In this document: piece after piece, positions 17,169 through 26,861 of the stretch
Layout of the letters: each line of letters begins with the position of its first letter
How positions within the stretch are numbered: position 1 is the first letter of the stretch
Assembly (NCBI GenBank): GCA_025055075.1
Contig: JANWYV010000022.1
Coordinates: 3,120 to 67,119 of the forward strand
From: Blastocatellia bacterium
Lineage (GTDB): Bacteria; Acidobacteriota; Blastocatellia; HR10
Length of the DNA stretch: 64,000 bases
Direction of reading: 5' to 3'
The notes under the pieces: generated by a model
Databases searched by the model: none
Told to the model about the DNA's origin: nothing
The model's input: the letters and a program-made list of their open reading frames with translations, nothing else
Position numbers and translations under genes: made by a program

Positions 17169-20100
17169 TCATCGGATGGTGAGAGTGAGCTCATAGGTGA
17201 AAGTCGGGCCGCCGCGGCCTTGGGCTTCGGTGAGGCGCACGAAATAGCGTCCGAAAAGGGGCAGGGTGACGAAAGTCAGCGAAGGATCGCGCGTATCTGA
17301 GGCGACGCTCTCTGCGAGCTTCACCATCCCGAAGAAAAGCTCGAGCTTGAGCGTCGCTGGAGAAGGAGGCGTGAGCGTCTTCGCTCTGACCGTGATCGTC
17401 ACCACATCACTGCGCTCGCTGTCGAAGAAGAAAACGTCTGCGTCTCCGGCGGGATTGATCGTCCCCGTGATCGGCGTCTCTGGTGGGAGTTGATTCGCTT
17501 GTGCGAATTCATTATTGGGCTCCGTCTCCTGCGGGCGTGCGGCGCCCGTGAGCGTCACCGTAGCTCGGTAGATATAGTTCGGCCCGCCCTTCCCGTCGAA
17601 GCTGCGCACGCGGAAGAAATAGCGACCGTCAGCGGGAATCGTGAAGCTGAGCCGCGAATCGGTCGAACCTTCGGCATCATCGTTCTCGGCCAATTGCTGG
17701 CCGCGACTGTCAAAGAGCGTGACGACCGTATCCAAAGGCGAAGGCGGCATGAGCGAGCGCGCGTCCAGATCAATGACGAGCTGTTGGCCGCGTCTGGCTT
17801 CGAAGGCGAAGAAGTCCACGTCGCCCGCTGGGTTGATCGTCCCGCTTACGGTCACATTCGGCGTGATCGCATTCGCCTGAGTCAGCGAATTATTCGGCTC
17901 CGATTCCATCGCCATGCCGGGAGGAGGGGGAGCGGCTCCCGTCAGCGTGACGAGCGCCTCATACGTGTAAGAGGGACCGCCTTTCGGGCTGAAGTTGCGG
18001 ATGCGCACGAAGTACTGCCCCGAACGGGGGATTTCAAATGTGAGGAGCGAGTCGAGCGCGCCTTCGGCGTCATCGTTCTCCGCGAGCTGTTGCCCGTTGC
18101 TATCGAAGAGCGTGACAATGGTATCCGCCTCGGACGGCGGCGTGAGCGAGCGCGCATTGATATCCACCGTCAGGCGCTGACCGGGATTGGCCGTGAATGA
18201 GAAGAAGTCCACGTCGCCAGCTGGATCAAGCCTTCCCACGATGAGGACATCGGGCGTGATCGCCTGAGCTTGGGCGAAGGCGTTATTGGGTTCGGATTCG
18301 TTCACTCGCGCGGGCGCGCCTCCAGTGAGGGTGACGGAAGCTTCGTAGGTGAAGTCTCGTCCGCCTTTGTTCCCGAAGTCCCGGATGCTGAAGACATAGC
18401 GTCCGGCGGCGGTGAACGTGAACTCGAGCAGAGAATCGAGCTGTCCGGGCGCGCGATCATCGTTCTCGGCCAGTTTTCGCCCGCTGCTGTCGAAAAGCGC
18501 GACGATCGTATCAGCCGCCGAAGGAGGAGTGAGCCGCTTGGCCGCGACATCAATCCGCACGCGTTGTCCGGCGCTCGCTTGGAAGGCGAAGAAGTCCACG
18601 TCGCCCTGAGGATCGAGCACGCCGCGGATCGTTACATTCGGTGTGATCGGATTCGCTTGCGCGACGGAATTATTCGGCTCGGCTTCAGTGAAGCGACCGG
18701 GGGGAACGCCGCCCGTGAGGGCCACGCGCACTCGATAGGCGAAGTTCGGCCCGCCACGTTGCGAGAAATCGCGAATGCGAAAGATGTATCGGCCTGCTGC
18801 GGGCACGGTGAAGCGTAAGAGCGAATCCCGCGTGTCCGAGGATTCGTCGTCGTTCTCGGCCAATTGTCGCCCGCTGCTGTCGTAGAGCGTGACGACCGTA
18901 TCAGCCGGAGATTTCGGCGTGAGCGATTGCGCATCCACGTCAATGATCACCTGCTGTCCGGCACTGGCTTCGAAGGCGAAGAAATCCACGTCATTGGCTG
19001 GATCCAAGGTGCCCACAATGGTGGTATCGGGGACGATCGAATTCGCCGTCGCGAGCGTGTTGTTCGGCTCCGTCTCGTTCACCATTCCTTCGCTCATCCT
19101 CTCAACAGCAGACGTCGCCGATGTGGAGAACGGCGCGCTCGTGCTGCTGAAGCGGAAGGTGAACGCGAGCGTGGCGTCTTGCGGCCGAGGGACCGGCCCC
19201 CCAGCGCTCGTGATCGCGATGAGGTAAGTCGTTGCTGCTCTCACGTTCACTGTGAGCTGAGAAGTGGCCAGGAAGCCCCAATCGTCGTTGCAGGCGATCT
19301 CCCGGAGCGCGGGGCATGAGCCCGTGTAGACGGCGATGGTCGTATCGTAGCTACTTCCGAGTGTGCTCAGCGTGATCGTCCCGTTGCTCGGAGGGGTGAA
19401 GCTATACCATACGCTTTGGCTGCCGCGCCTTCCTCCTGTGCAGGATTGCAGGGGGTCAGTCGCCACCGAGGTCGCCGTCCAGACGTTCACTCGATCCACG
19501 AACGATGTGCCAGAGATCGGTGTCGCCGAAGCGCAGTCGTCGTTCGACGGGCGCGCGACCGAAGTGTTCAAGATGATGTCCGCATTCTCGACGACCATCC
19601 CGGGGAAGACAGTGATGAGCGCGCGATCGTTCGGATCATCGCGATCAGATTCTCCAGGGCCACTGTAGAATTCGGGGGGCGCCGGCAAAGGGGAAGGGGG
19701 ATCCAACGGGCCGACACGTGAGGCATCAGTGAAGCGCGGATCAATAGGCTCGATCTCGACCGTATAGGTGCCGGGAGGAAGCCCTCGAAGCTCGTAGTAT
19801 CCGAACAGATCGGGATCGTCCGAGCCCACGTATCCCAGGCGAAACGATTTGTCCGACTTCGGAACGGTGCCAATGTAGCGGTATCCGGAGATAGTGGAGA
19901 CAGCCGTCAGTCGCGGATCATCCACTTTCCGCGCGATGACGTTCGCCCCCATGAAGCCATGGCCGTCGGCGTAGCGGATGCGTCCGCGGATCGTCCCGGT
20001 CGTCAGCCCGAAGTCGGGCGCGGGATAGAGGTTGGAGATCGCCACTCGATCATCGAGATGCAGCGTGGCCCACTCCTCGACGCGAAATTGCGCGGTGAAG

Positions 20101-20741
20101 AAGGGAAACATCGTGGGAACCGTGTGATCGTTGGTCGGGTCAGCGTCGAAGACGGCTTCCGAGTTGAGCTGGGAATGATCGAGGCCGAGGAAATGACCGA
20201 TCTCGTGGGTGAGGAAGCCGCGAAGCCGATCCGGCGTTGTGGCGAAGCGCCCGTTGATGAGGATGACGCCTTGGAGGATTTCAGCATCCGTCATTGTGAG
20301 TGGGGCGGCCCACGCTCCCAAACGAGTGCTGCTGCCCCGTCCAAGGAGAGCGTCCATGGCGCTCCCATCGGAATCCAGGATCACTGGGTTCGTGCAGAGG
20401 CGTTGCTCGGTGCACTGGCGGATGATCTCGTTCATGAAGGAGAGCACGTTCATGCCGGTCACATCTACGCTCGTGAGGCCGACCATTTGGAATCGAAGGC
20501 GCGCTGTAGGGACACTCGCCCAGGTCTCGAAGGCCGCTCTGACGAGCGCTGCGGCATCTGCGTGAGAGAGTGAGCCGAGCGACCCTTGATCGAGCGTGTA
20601 TGTGATCGGCCGCGTCGGGTTCCAGCGGAACGGCAGACCCCCTCGGGTAAAGGCTATGGGGCCGCCGGCCCAAAGGCGGAAGGAGTGAAAGGGCCCAAGG
20701 AGGACCATTGCGCTGAGGATGAGAGCGATTCGACGAGTCAT
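17169..20741 (-). CDS. Secreted zinc metalloprotease (metzincin, matrixin/M10-like) with carboxypeptidase-regulatory-like domain and six pre-peptidase C-terminal (PPC) domains
   Basis: Signal peptide MTRRIALILSAMVLLG. HEIGHFLGLDHS zinc site (HExxHxxGxxH) with a downstream Met-turn. One Cys-containing PPC-like domain followed by five tandem ~120-aa repeats (EPNNxxAQANxITP...GDVDFFxF...LAENDD...GRY). GGAGG RBS 9 nt upstream. Confidence 0.85.
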   Translation of the reverse strand: MTRRIALILSAMVLLGPFHSFRLWAGGPIAFTRGGLPFRWNPTRPITYTLDQGSLGSLSHADAAALVRAAFETWASVPTARLRFQMVGLTSVDVTGMNVLSFMNEIIRQCTEQRLCTNPVILDSDGSAMDALLGRGSSTRLGAWAAPLTMTDAEILQGVILINGRFATTPDRLRGFLTHEIGHFLGLDHSQLNSEAVFDADPTNDHTVPTMFPFFTAQFRVEEWATLHLDDRVAISNLYPAPDFGLTTGTIRGRIRYADGHGFMGANVIARKVDDPRLTAVSTISGYRYIGTVPKSDKSFRLGYVGSDDPDLFGYYELRGLPPGTYTVEIEPIDPRFTDASRVGPLDPPSPLPAPPEFYSGPGESDRDDPNDRALITVFPGMVVENADIILNTSVARPSNDDCASATPISGTSFVDRVNVWTATSVATDPLQSCTGGRRGSQSVWYSFTPPSNGTITLSTLGSSYDTTIAVYTGSCPALREIACNDDWGFLATSQLTVNVRAATTYLIAITSAGGPVPRPQDATLAFTFRFSSTSAPFSTSATSAVERMSEGMVNETEPNNTLATANSIVPDTTIVGTLDPANDVDFFAFEASAGQQVIIDVDAQSLTPKSPADTVVTLYDSSGRQLAENDDESSDTRDSLLRFTVPAAGRYIFRIRDFSQRGGPNFAYRVRVALTGGVPPGRFTEAEPNNSVAQANPITPNVTIRGVLDPQGDVDFFAFQASAGQRVRIDVAAKRLTPPSAADTIVALFDSSGRKLAENDDRAPGQLDSLLEFTFTAAGRYVFSIRDFGNKGGRDFTYEASVTLTGGAPARVNESEPNNAFAQAQAITPDVLIVGRLDPAGDVDFFSFTANPGQRLTVDINARSLTPPSEADTIVTLFDSNGQQLAENDDAEGALDSLLTFEIPRSGQYFVRIRNFSPKGGPSYTYEALVTLTGAAPPPPGMAMESEPNNSLTQANAITPNVTVSGTINPAGDVDFFAFEARRGQQLVIDLDARSLMPPSPLDTVVTLFDSRGQQLAENDDAEGSTDSRLSFTIPADGRYFFRVRSFDGKGGPNYIYRATVTLTGAARPQETEPNNEFAQANQLPPETPITGTINPAGDADVFFFDSERSDVVTITVRAKTLTPPSPATLKLELFFGMVKLAESVASDTRDPSLTFVTLPLFGRYFVRLTEAQGRGGPTFTYELTLTIR
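17172..19085 (-). repeat. Five tandem in-frame coding repeats of ~370 nt (PPC domains) inside the metalloprotease gene
   Basis: Repeated protein blocks are also visible at DNA level, for example a recurring GTTATTCGGCTC / GTTGTTCGGCTC block that encodes the EPNN motif. Confidence 0.7.
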
Positions 20742-20760
20742 GGCAAAAGGACCTCCATCA

Positions 20761-21336
20761 CTAGCGGGATGCGTTCGCCCCTCGCGCGATGAGTGCGGCG
20801 AGCACCTCATACTCGATGGGGCCATGCTCATGGCGACTGACGAGCGCCCGCTCGGCGGACGAGAGTGCCAAGCGGGCGGACGAGTCGTCGAAGAGCCCTC
20901 GGTTATCGAAGCCGTTGACAGCCATCCGTCGTTTCGTCTGCGGATCTCGGAAGAGGCGGAATTTCCCAGCCATTCCAGCAACGGGGCTGGTCAGGCCATA
21001 ACGGCTCTTCGGATAGAGGAAGAGCATGACCTCCTCGCCTTCCCGATAGCTGGGCAAATGAAATGGACGAAAGGTCTTCGAACCGCCGATCTGGAGGAAC
21101 GTGAACGAATCTCCCTCGAGGCTCCCTTTGAACGCGCGCTCGACGGCGAGCGTGACGCGCGTGATGGTCAGGAAGGGATATTGTGGGTGTGGTTCTTCGC
21201 GAACCTTGAGAACACGTCCGACGAGGATCGTGCCCGCGCTCTCGACCAGCTCCGCAAGCGTCGCCGGGGCGTGTTGGGCTCGCGCTGAGGGCGCGAGGCA
21301 TCCCAGGAGAAGAAGAACGATGAGAGCGCGTCTCAT
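20761..21336 (-). CDS. Hypothetical secreted protein encoded immediately upstream of the metalloprotease
   Basis: 191 aa. Signal peptide MRRALIVLLLLGCLAPSARAQ. GGGAGGAAAGG RBS. 20-nt gap to the protease start. No recognisable domain. Confidence 0.6.
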   Translation of the reverse strand: MRRALIVLLLLGCLAPSARAQHAPATLAELVESAGTILVGRVLKVREEPHPQYPFLTITRVTLAVERAFKGSLEGDSFTFLQIGGSKTFRPFHLPSYREGEEVMLFLYPKSRYGLTSPVAGMAGKFRLFRDPQTKRRMAVNGFDNRGLFDDSSARLALSSAERALVSRHEHGPIEYEVLAALIARGANASR

Positions 21337-21550
21337 GACCTTTCCTCCCATGCAAAGATTGTCGCGCGTGGCGCGCCGGTGCGTGAAAGTTTCATTTTGC
21401 CCACGGATTCGCTTCATCGTAGTGATCATCTCCCCCATTTTCGACCGACATCGTAGACCAGGCATCGAGCGTCGGCAAGAGGGGCAAGTAATGGCACGGC
21501 GAGCGCGGCCGCTTGCGTGGCATCGGGAGTGACTTTTATGATCAAGGGCG

Positions 21551-22066
21551 ATGGAGCCGGATGTCTCCTCCAAACGAAGCTTCGGGCGCGTGCGCGAGCG
21601 AGCGCAGGCGATCGAACGCGAGATCGAGGAAGAATTCCCGGAGTGGCCCCGTTGGAAGCAGCGCGCGCGGCGGTGGGGGATGATTGGTCTCGTGCTCGTC
21701 CTGATGGGGATCGCATTCGGTGAGCTTCTCGATTGGCTCGAGCGCCGAGAGGAGATACGACGCCAGCGAGAGCGTGGGCGGGTCATCCAACTCATCAGTC
21801 CGGTGAGCGAAGTGCGCGAGGAGATCATCGAGTTCGTCTGGCGGCCGTCACCGCTTGTTGATCGCTATGTCGTCGAGGTGAGCGATGTGAGCTATCGGCT
21901 GATTTGGCGGAGTCCGCCAGTGAAAGAGGTCGAGCTGCGACTGCCCGAGGCCGTGCGTCGGCAATTGCATCGCGGCGAACGTTATCTCTGGCAGGTGCGG
22001 GGCTTCGATGCGAGCGAGAACGAGGTGGCCAGCTCACCATTTGAGGAGATTCTCATCGTGCGATGA
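21551..22066 (+). CDS. Hypothetical single-pass membrane protein
   Basis: Charged N-terminus, one TM segment (WGMIGLVLVLMGIAFG), then an extracytoplasmic domain of about 110 aa. Weak RBS. Confidence 0.45.
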   Translation: MEPDVSSKRSFGRVRERAQAIEREIEEEFPEWPRWKQRARRWGMIGLVLVLMGIAFGELLDWLERREEIRRQRERGRVIQLISPVSEVREEIIEFVWRPSPLVDRYVVEVSDVSYRLIWRSPPVKEVELRLPEAVRRQLHRGERYLWQVRGFDASENEVASSPFEEILIVR

Positions 22067-22195
22067 GGCGTGTCAGCGGACGATCCATCACGGCCGCGTT
22101 CTCCGATCGGTTCGCCAGTAGATAAAGAGGCATTCCCTCTGGTACCATTTCCCTCTTGAGTGAACGGCGTCTGGTGCGCTCGAGGGGAAGGGGAT

Positions 22196-22801
22196 ATGTG
22201 GAAGAAAGGCGGCGTGGCTCTAGCGCTTGTTGGAGCGTTCCTGATGGGCGCGTGGGCGCGCGGGGAGCTTTCGCCTGGCGAAGCGCGCCGCTTAATCGCG
22301 ACGGTCGGGGGGATTCAACTCCCCAAGGAAAACGTGCACGTTCGTCGGATTGATCGCCTAGGCGGGCGCGATGCCGTCGTCGAAGCGTTTGTCCTGACGG
22401 CCTTCAAATTCACGCGGCGGGACAACGAGTGGGAGGTCACCGAAGTGCGCGTCGGCGATCGGCAATGGGAGAGCGTTGAGCTGGTGACGACGGCTGTGCG
22501 CGCGGAGAAGACGCGACGCACGATCGCCGACTTGCGCGAGGTGGCGGCCGCCGTCGAGGCCTTCCGCAAGGAGCGCGGCTTTTACCCCTCGGTCGCCGAT
22601 TTCGTCGCCCTCGTGGATCAGCTCACGCCGACCTATCTCAAGCGGGTGATTCGCGAGGATTGGTGGCACCGCCCGTTCCTCTACGCGGTCACGGCGAGAG
22701 GCTATCGGTTGGAATCCCTCGGGCCGGATGGCAAACCGGGCACGGGCGATGAGATCATCCTGGAGAACGGAGAACTCGTCGCGCCGCGTCCCGTATTGTG
22801 A
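22196..22801 (+). CDS. Membrane-anchored protein with type II secretion GspG-like globular domain but no prepilin leader
   Basis: The C-terminus (WWHRPFLYAVTARGYRLESLGPDGKPGTGDEI) matches the GspG pseudopilin C-terminal pattern. The N-terminus is a plain hydrophobic anchor without the G/FTLIE prepilin peptidase motif. GAGGGGAAGGGG RBS. Confidence 0.5.
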   Translation: MWKKGGVALALVGAFLMGAWARGELSPGEARRLIATVGGIQLPKENVHVRRIDRLGGRDAVVEAFVLTAFKFTRRDNEWEVTEVRVGDRQWESVELVTTAVRAEKTRRTIADLREVAAAVEAFRKERGFYPSVADFVALVDQLTPTYLKRVIREDWWHRPFLYAVTARGYRLESLGPDGKPGTGDEIILENGELVAPRPVL

Positions 22802-22813
22802 GGGGAGCAAGGA

Positions 22814-23287
22814 ATGGACGAGCGGACGTCTTTCGAGATGCGCCATCGGCTTGCGGTGTTTCTGCATCTGGCCATGGTGTCCAGTGGGCTCGTCGCGTTT
22901 TTGGTGAGTTATCTCTTCAGCCAGACGATGGGCGTTTCGATCGCCTCGGCCGCTGAGCATAGGGCGCTCCGGCAAGCGCTCTATGGCGCCGCCTTCGTCA
23001 TGAGCATTGGGGTGATCGTGCTGCGTCGTTGGCTGTTCGGCATCGGGCGCGTAGGGCGCGTGGCGCAGCGACACGGGATCGTGGGCGTCATCGAGCATCT
23101 GCTGAAGTCGACGATCATCTTGGGGGCGATCAGCGAATCGGTGGTACTTGTGGGGTTCGTGTTGAGCATGCTCACGCGCGTGTTCGAAGACATGTGGCGC
23201 TTGGGAGGGATCGGCATGGTCCTCCTGCTGTACACGTACCCCTGGCGCTCGATGTGGGCTCGCGCCATCGAGCGCGCACAGCCATAG
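22814..23287 (+). CDS. Hypothetical polytopic membrane protein (4 predicted TM segments)
   Basis: 157 aa with four hydrophobic stretches. 12 nt downstream of the previous gene. Confidence 0.5.
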   Translation: MDERTSFEMRHRLAVFLHLAMVSSGLVAFLVSYLFSQTMGVSIASAAEHRALRQALYGAAFVMSIGVIVLRRWLFGIGRVGRVAQRHGIVGVIEHLLKSTIILGAISESVVLVGFVLSMLTRVFEDMWRLGGIGMVLLLYTYPWRSMWARAIERAQP

Positions 23288-23297
23288 GGAGGCGAAG

Positions 23298-25322
23298 ATG
23301 CGCGAAGTCGGAAAACGAGCGCGGATTCTCATAAGCACATTCGGCGTTTTGCTTCTGCTGGGAAACGAAGCGCCAGCGGGAGCACCGGTGATTCTCCAAA
23401 GGAGGCCGGAGGCATCGGCGGAACGACGCGAGGAGCCCAAACGCAAGCCGCGGGTCGAAGCATTGTTGATCTATGGCGAAGCGATGCGAGCGGCCATGCG
23501 GGGCGATTATATTCGCGCCCTGGAGTTGTTTCGGAAAGTGGCTGCGCTCGATCCCACAGCTCCTCAGCCGCACGTCGCCATGGCGGAGCTGTATTATCAG
23601 CTTCGGAATTTCGCCCAGGCGCAACGCGAGGCGGAAGCGGCGTTGAAGCTCGATCCGAAGGAGATCGGCGCGCACCGTATTTTGGGACGCCTCCTTCGCG
23701 AAGAAGCGCTCACGGCGCGGGATCGGGAGAAAGCCCGTCGCGCGATCGAGGCCTTCCGGAAGGTCGTGGTCGAGGACGATTTGGACGTCGAAGCGTGGCA
23801 ATCGCTCGCGCAACTCTATGCGTTTTTGGAAGACACGGATGGGTTGAAGGAGGCTCTCGAGCGATGGACCGGGAGTGATCCGACGGCTGACGAAGCATTC
23901 TACCGATTGGCGTTGATCTATTTCGATCGGCGGCAGTATCGGCAAGCTGCCGAGAATGCGGCGCGCGCGCTAATGAATCAGCCGGAATCTGAGTACGCCA
24001 TCTTGCTGGCGAAATCGCTCCTCTATCAGGGGCACACGACCGAGGCGCTTCAGGCGTATCGCGAGGCGCTCGAGCGCGACCCGAGCAATAGTGAGCTGCG
24101 AATCAACTATGCCGAGGCCCTCATCTTCTCCGGGAAGTACGACGAGGCCATCGAGATCCTGCGGCGCATTCTGACCGAACAGCCGCGGAACTTAGAGGCT
24201 TTGCGCTTGACGGCGCAAGCCCATCGCCGCGCGGGGCGTCGCGCCGAGGCCATCCAGACGTTGAAGAACGCGCTCAGGGAGAGCCCTCCGGGTGAGGGGC
24301 TGAACGTGCGCTTTGTGCTCGCGCAGACATACGAGGAGATCGGGCAGGTGGATGAGGCGATTGCGACTTACGAGGAGATCCTCAAGGCCTTGCTCGCCCC
24401 CGATGGGACAGCGCCCGAGCGCCATCGCGAGGCTATCGAGATGGTGCTGACAAACATGGCGCTCGCCTATCGGCAGGCGGGACGACGCGAGGATGCTTTT
24501 CGCGTGTTCGAGCGCATGCGGCGCGTATTGGGGGAGAAGAATCCGCGAGCGGACCTCTTGATCGTGGACACCTTCCGCGAGGAGCGGAATTTCGAGGCTA
24601 TGCTCGCGCATGCGCAGGAGGCGGCCGCGCGATATCCCGAGGAGCGTCGCTTTCGACTCCTGCAGGCACAAGCCCTCGGACGCTTGGGGCGCGTGGACGA
24701 AGCGCTGCGGCTACTCGATGGCTTGCTCACCGGACTCAGCGAGGACATCGAAGTGCTCTCGATGAAAGCCCTCGTGCTCAGCGATGCCGAACGCTACGCG
24801 GAAGCCGAGGCCGTGGTGCGGGAGGCTCTGCAGCGCGATCCCCGCAATAATGGGTTGCTCATCCAATTGAGCCTGATTCAGGAGCGATTGGGGCGCTTCG
24901 CCGAAGCCGAGGCGACGCTGCGGCAGGTGCTCGAACGCGATGCCGATAATGCGACGGCCCTCAACAACCTCGGCTATTACTTGGCGGAGCGAGGGGAACG
25001 GTTGGAGGAAGCCCTGGAGCTGATCCGTCGTGCGGTGAACATTGAGCCGAATAACGGTGCGTTCTTGGACAGCCTCGGGTGGGTTTACTTCCAGATGGGG
25101 AATCTGGACGAAGCCGAACGGTATCTCGAGCAAGCCGTGCTCTATCAACCGCGCGATGCCACGATCCACGAGCATCTGGGAGATCTCCATCAGCGTCGGG
25201 GCCGGCTCGAGCAAGCGCTTCAGGCCTACGAGCGCGCGCTGCAGTTGGCGACCGAGTCGCGCGAGCGCGAGCGCATCCATCAGAAGTTGGAGAAACTGCG
25301 CCAAGCGATGGGACGGAAATAA
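23298..25322 (+). CDS. Secreted tetratricopeptide-repeat protein (~18 TPR units)
   Basis: Signal peptide followed by continuous TPR consensus (A..Y.....G.Y..A...........P.......LG). 674 aa. Confidence 0.75.
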   Translation: MREVGKRARILISTFGVLLLLGNEAPAGAPVILQRRPEASAERREEPKRKPRVEALLIYGEAMRAAMRGDYIRALELFRKVAALDPTAPQPHVAMAELYYQLRNFAQAQREAEAALKLDPKEIGAHRILGRLLREEALTARDREKARRAIEAFRKVVVEDDLDVEAWQSLAQLYAFLEDTDGLKEALERWTGSDPTADEAFYRLALIYFDRRQYRQAAENAARALMNQPESEYAILLAKSLLYQGHTTEALQAYREALERDPSNSELRINYAEALIFSGKYDEAIEILRRILTEQPRNLEALRLTAQAHRRAGRRAEAIQTLKNALRESPPGEGLNVRFVLAQTYEEIGQVDEAIATYEEILKALLAPDGTAPERHREAIEMVLTNMALAYRQAGRREDAFRVFERMRRVLGEKNPRADLLIVDTFREERNFEAMLAHAQEAAARYPEERRFRLLQAQALGRLGRVDEALRLLDGLLTGLSEDIEVLSMKALVLSDAERYAEAEAVVREALQRDPRNNGLLIQLSLIQERLGRFAEAEATLRQVLERDADNATALNNLGYYLAERGERLEEALELIRRAVNIEPNNGAFLDSLGWVYFQMGNLDEAERYLEQAVLYQPRDATIHEHLGDLHQRRGRLEQALQAYERALQLATESRERERIHQKLEKLRQAMGRK

Positions 25323-25360
25323 GATGCCCTGAAATGCCGCCATCTGGGTCAGGAGAGCCG

Positions 25361-25879
25361 ATGAGACGGAGCCGCATCAACAGCCTCACGCTGGGCGTGG
25401 CCCTCATCAGCTTGACTCTCCTCGCGCATCCGCGGGCCAGGAGTGAGGGCGTCGGAGTGCCGCACGATTTCGTTCGATTCTCTCCGGCGCAACTGGAGAT
25501 GTGGATCTTCGAAGGGGTGAATCGAGAGCGCGCGCTGCGCCGTCTTCCTCTTCTTGAGTGGGATGCGCGGTTGGCCGAGGCCGCGCGTCGGCATAGCGAG
25601 GATATGGCGGCGCGCCGATTCTTCGGGCACATCACGCCCGAGGGGGAAGATCTCAGCATGCGCGTGCGGCAGATAGGCCTGACCCGTTACCGCGCGGTGG
25701 CGGAAAATATCGCCCTCAACTTCGACCCCATCTATCCCGTGGGCACGACGATCCATCAGTGGATGGTGAGTCCGTGGCATCGACGAAACCTCCTCGGACC
25801 GTTCCGATCTACGGGCGTCGGCGTGGCCATCGCGGCGACCGGAGCACACTACGTCACGCAAATTTTCCTGGATCCGTGA
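25361..25879 (+). CDS. CAP/SCP/PR-1-like domain protein, secreted
   Basis: Signal peptide. CAP domain motifs (HSEDMAARRFFGHITPEG, YRAVAENIA, HYVTQIF). GGAGAG RBS. Confidence 0.65.
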   Translation: MRRSRINSLTLGVALISLTLLAHPRARSEGVGVPHDFVRFSPAQLEMWIFEGVNRERALRRLPLLEWDARLAEAARRHSEDMAARRFFGHITPEGEDLSMRVRQIGLTRYRAVAENIALNFDPIYPVGTTIHQWMVSPWHRRNLLGPFRSTGVGVAIAATGAHYVTQIFLDP

Positions 25880-26826
25880 TGCGCCTGAGCGTTCCCGCTT
25901 TCGCGAAGATCAACTGGATGCTGGAAGTGCTGGATCTGCGCCCAGATGGGTATCACGAGATTCGCACGGTGCTGCAGACGATTGCGCTCGCGGACGTGCT
26001 CCATTTCGAGTGGATGGAAGACGGGATCGAAGTCGCATGCACACATCCGCAGGTCCCGAAGGGACCGGAGAATCTCGTCTTTCGGGCAGCCGAACGGTTA
26101 CGCAGCGCGAAAGGCGTGAAGGTGGGAGCGCGAATTCGGATCGAGAAGCGCATTCCCGTCGCCGCAGGACTTGGGGGAGGCAGCAGCAATGCCGCCGTTG
26201 CGCTCTTGGCGCTGGCGCGACTCTGGGAGATCCCGCTCGGGCCCGAGGAGCTGCTCGGTCTGGGACGAGAGCTTGGTGCCGATGTCCCCTTCTTCTTCAT
26301 CGGTGGGACGGCATTAGGAATCGGGCGTGGAGATGAGGTTTATCCGCTCCCGGATGTGCGAGCAGAGGTGTTGGTGCTCGCCAATCCCGGCTTCGCCCTC
26401 TCAACGTCTTGGGCTTATGGGCAATTGACAAAGCGAGCTGCCCCGGGTAACATTTCGGTTTGCTCAAGGGCTTGGCATCGCGCTGTGCGGGCATGGCCTG
26501 CGATTGGACCGGGTGAGGGGGGTGAGGCGACGCGGCCCCTCACTGCGATCGTCGCAGGAAATGACTTCGAGGCGGTTGTGCGGGAGCGATACCCGGAGCT
26601 GACGCGCGGGCTCGAGCGGTTGCGAGAGTGCGGGGCGCTCGCCGTCGGGCTCTCGGGAAGCGGACCAACGATCTTCGGGGTCTTTGAAAGCGAGCGCGAA
26701 GCCGAGCAGGCGGAAGCTGCTTTCGCGACGCTCGGTTGGTGGTGGGCGCGAACGCGGACGGTGGATCGGTCCGAATATTGGGCGCGCCTTACAGCCGGCC
26801 TTTCGGGCGAAGCGAACGGCCCTTGA
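25879..26826 (+). CDS. ispE: 4-diphosphocytidyl-2-C-methyl-D-erythritol kinase
   Basis: GHMP kinase motifs (PAFAKINW, IPVAAGLGGGSSNAAV). ATG overlaps the upstream stop (TGATG). Confidence 0.85.
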   Translation: MRLSVPAFAKINWMLEVLDLRPDGYHEIRTVLQTIALADVLHFEWMEDGIEVACTHPQVPKGPENLVFRAAERLRSAKGVKVGARIRIEKRIPVAAGLGGGSSNAAVALLALARLWEIPLGPEELLGLGRELGADVPFFFIGGTALGIGRGDEVYPLPDVRAEVLVLANPGFALSTSWAYGQLTKRAAPGNISVCSRAWHRAVRAWPAIGPGEGGEATRPLTAIVAGNDFEAVVRERYPELTRGLERLRECGALAVGLSGSGPTIFGVFESEREAEQAEAAFATLGWWWARTRTVDRSEYWARLTAGLSGEANGP

Positions 26827-26861
26827 GAGATCTCACTGCGGTTTCGGATGATTGGCGATGC

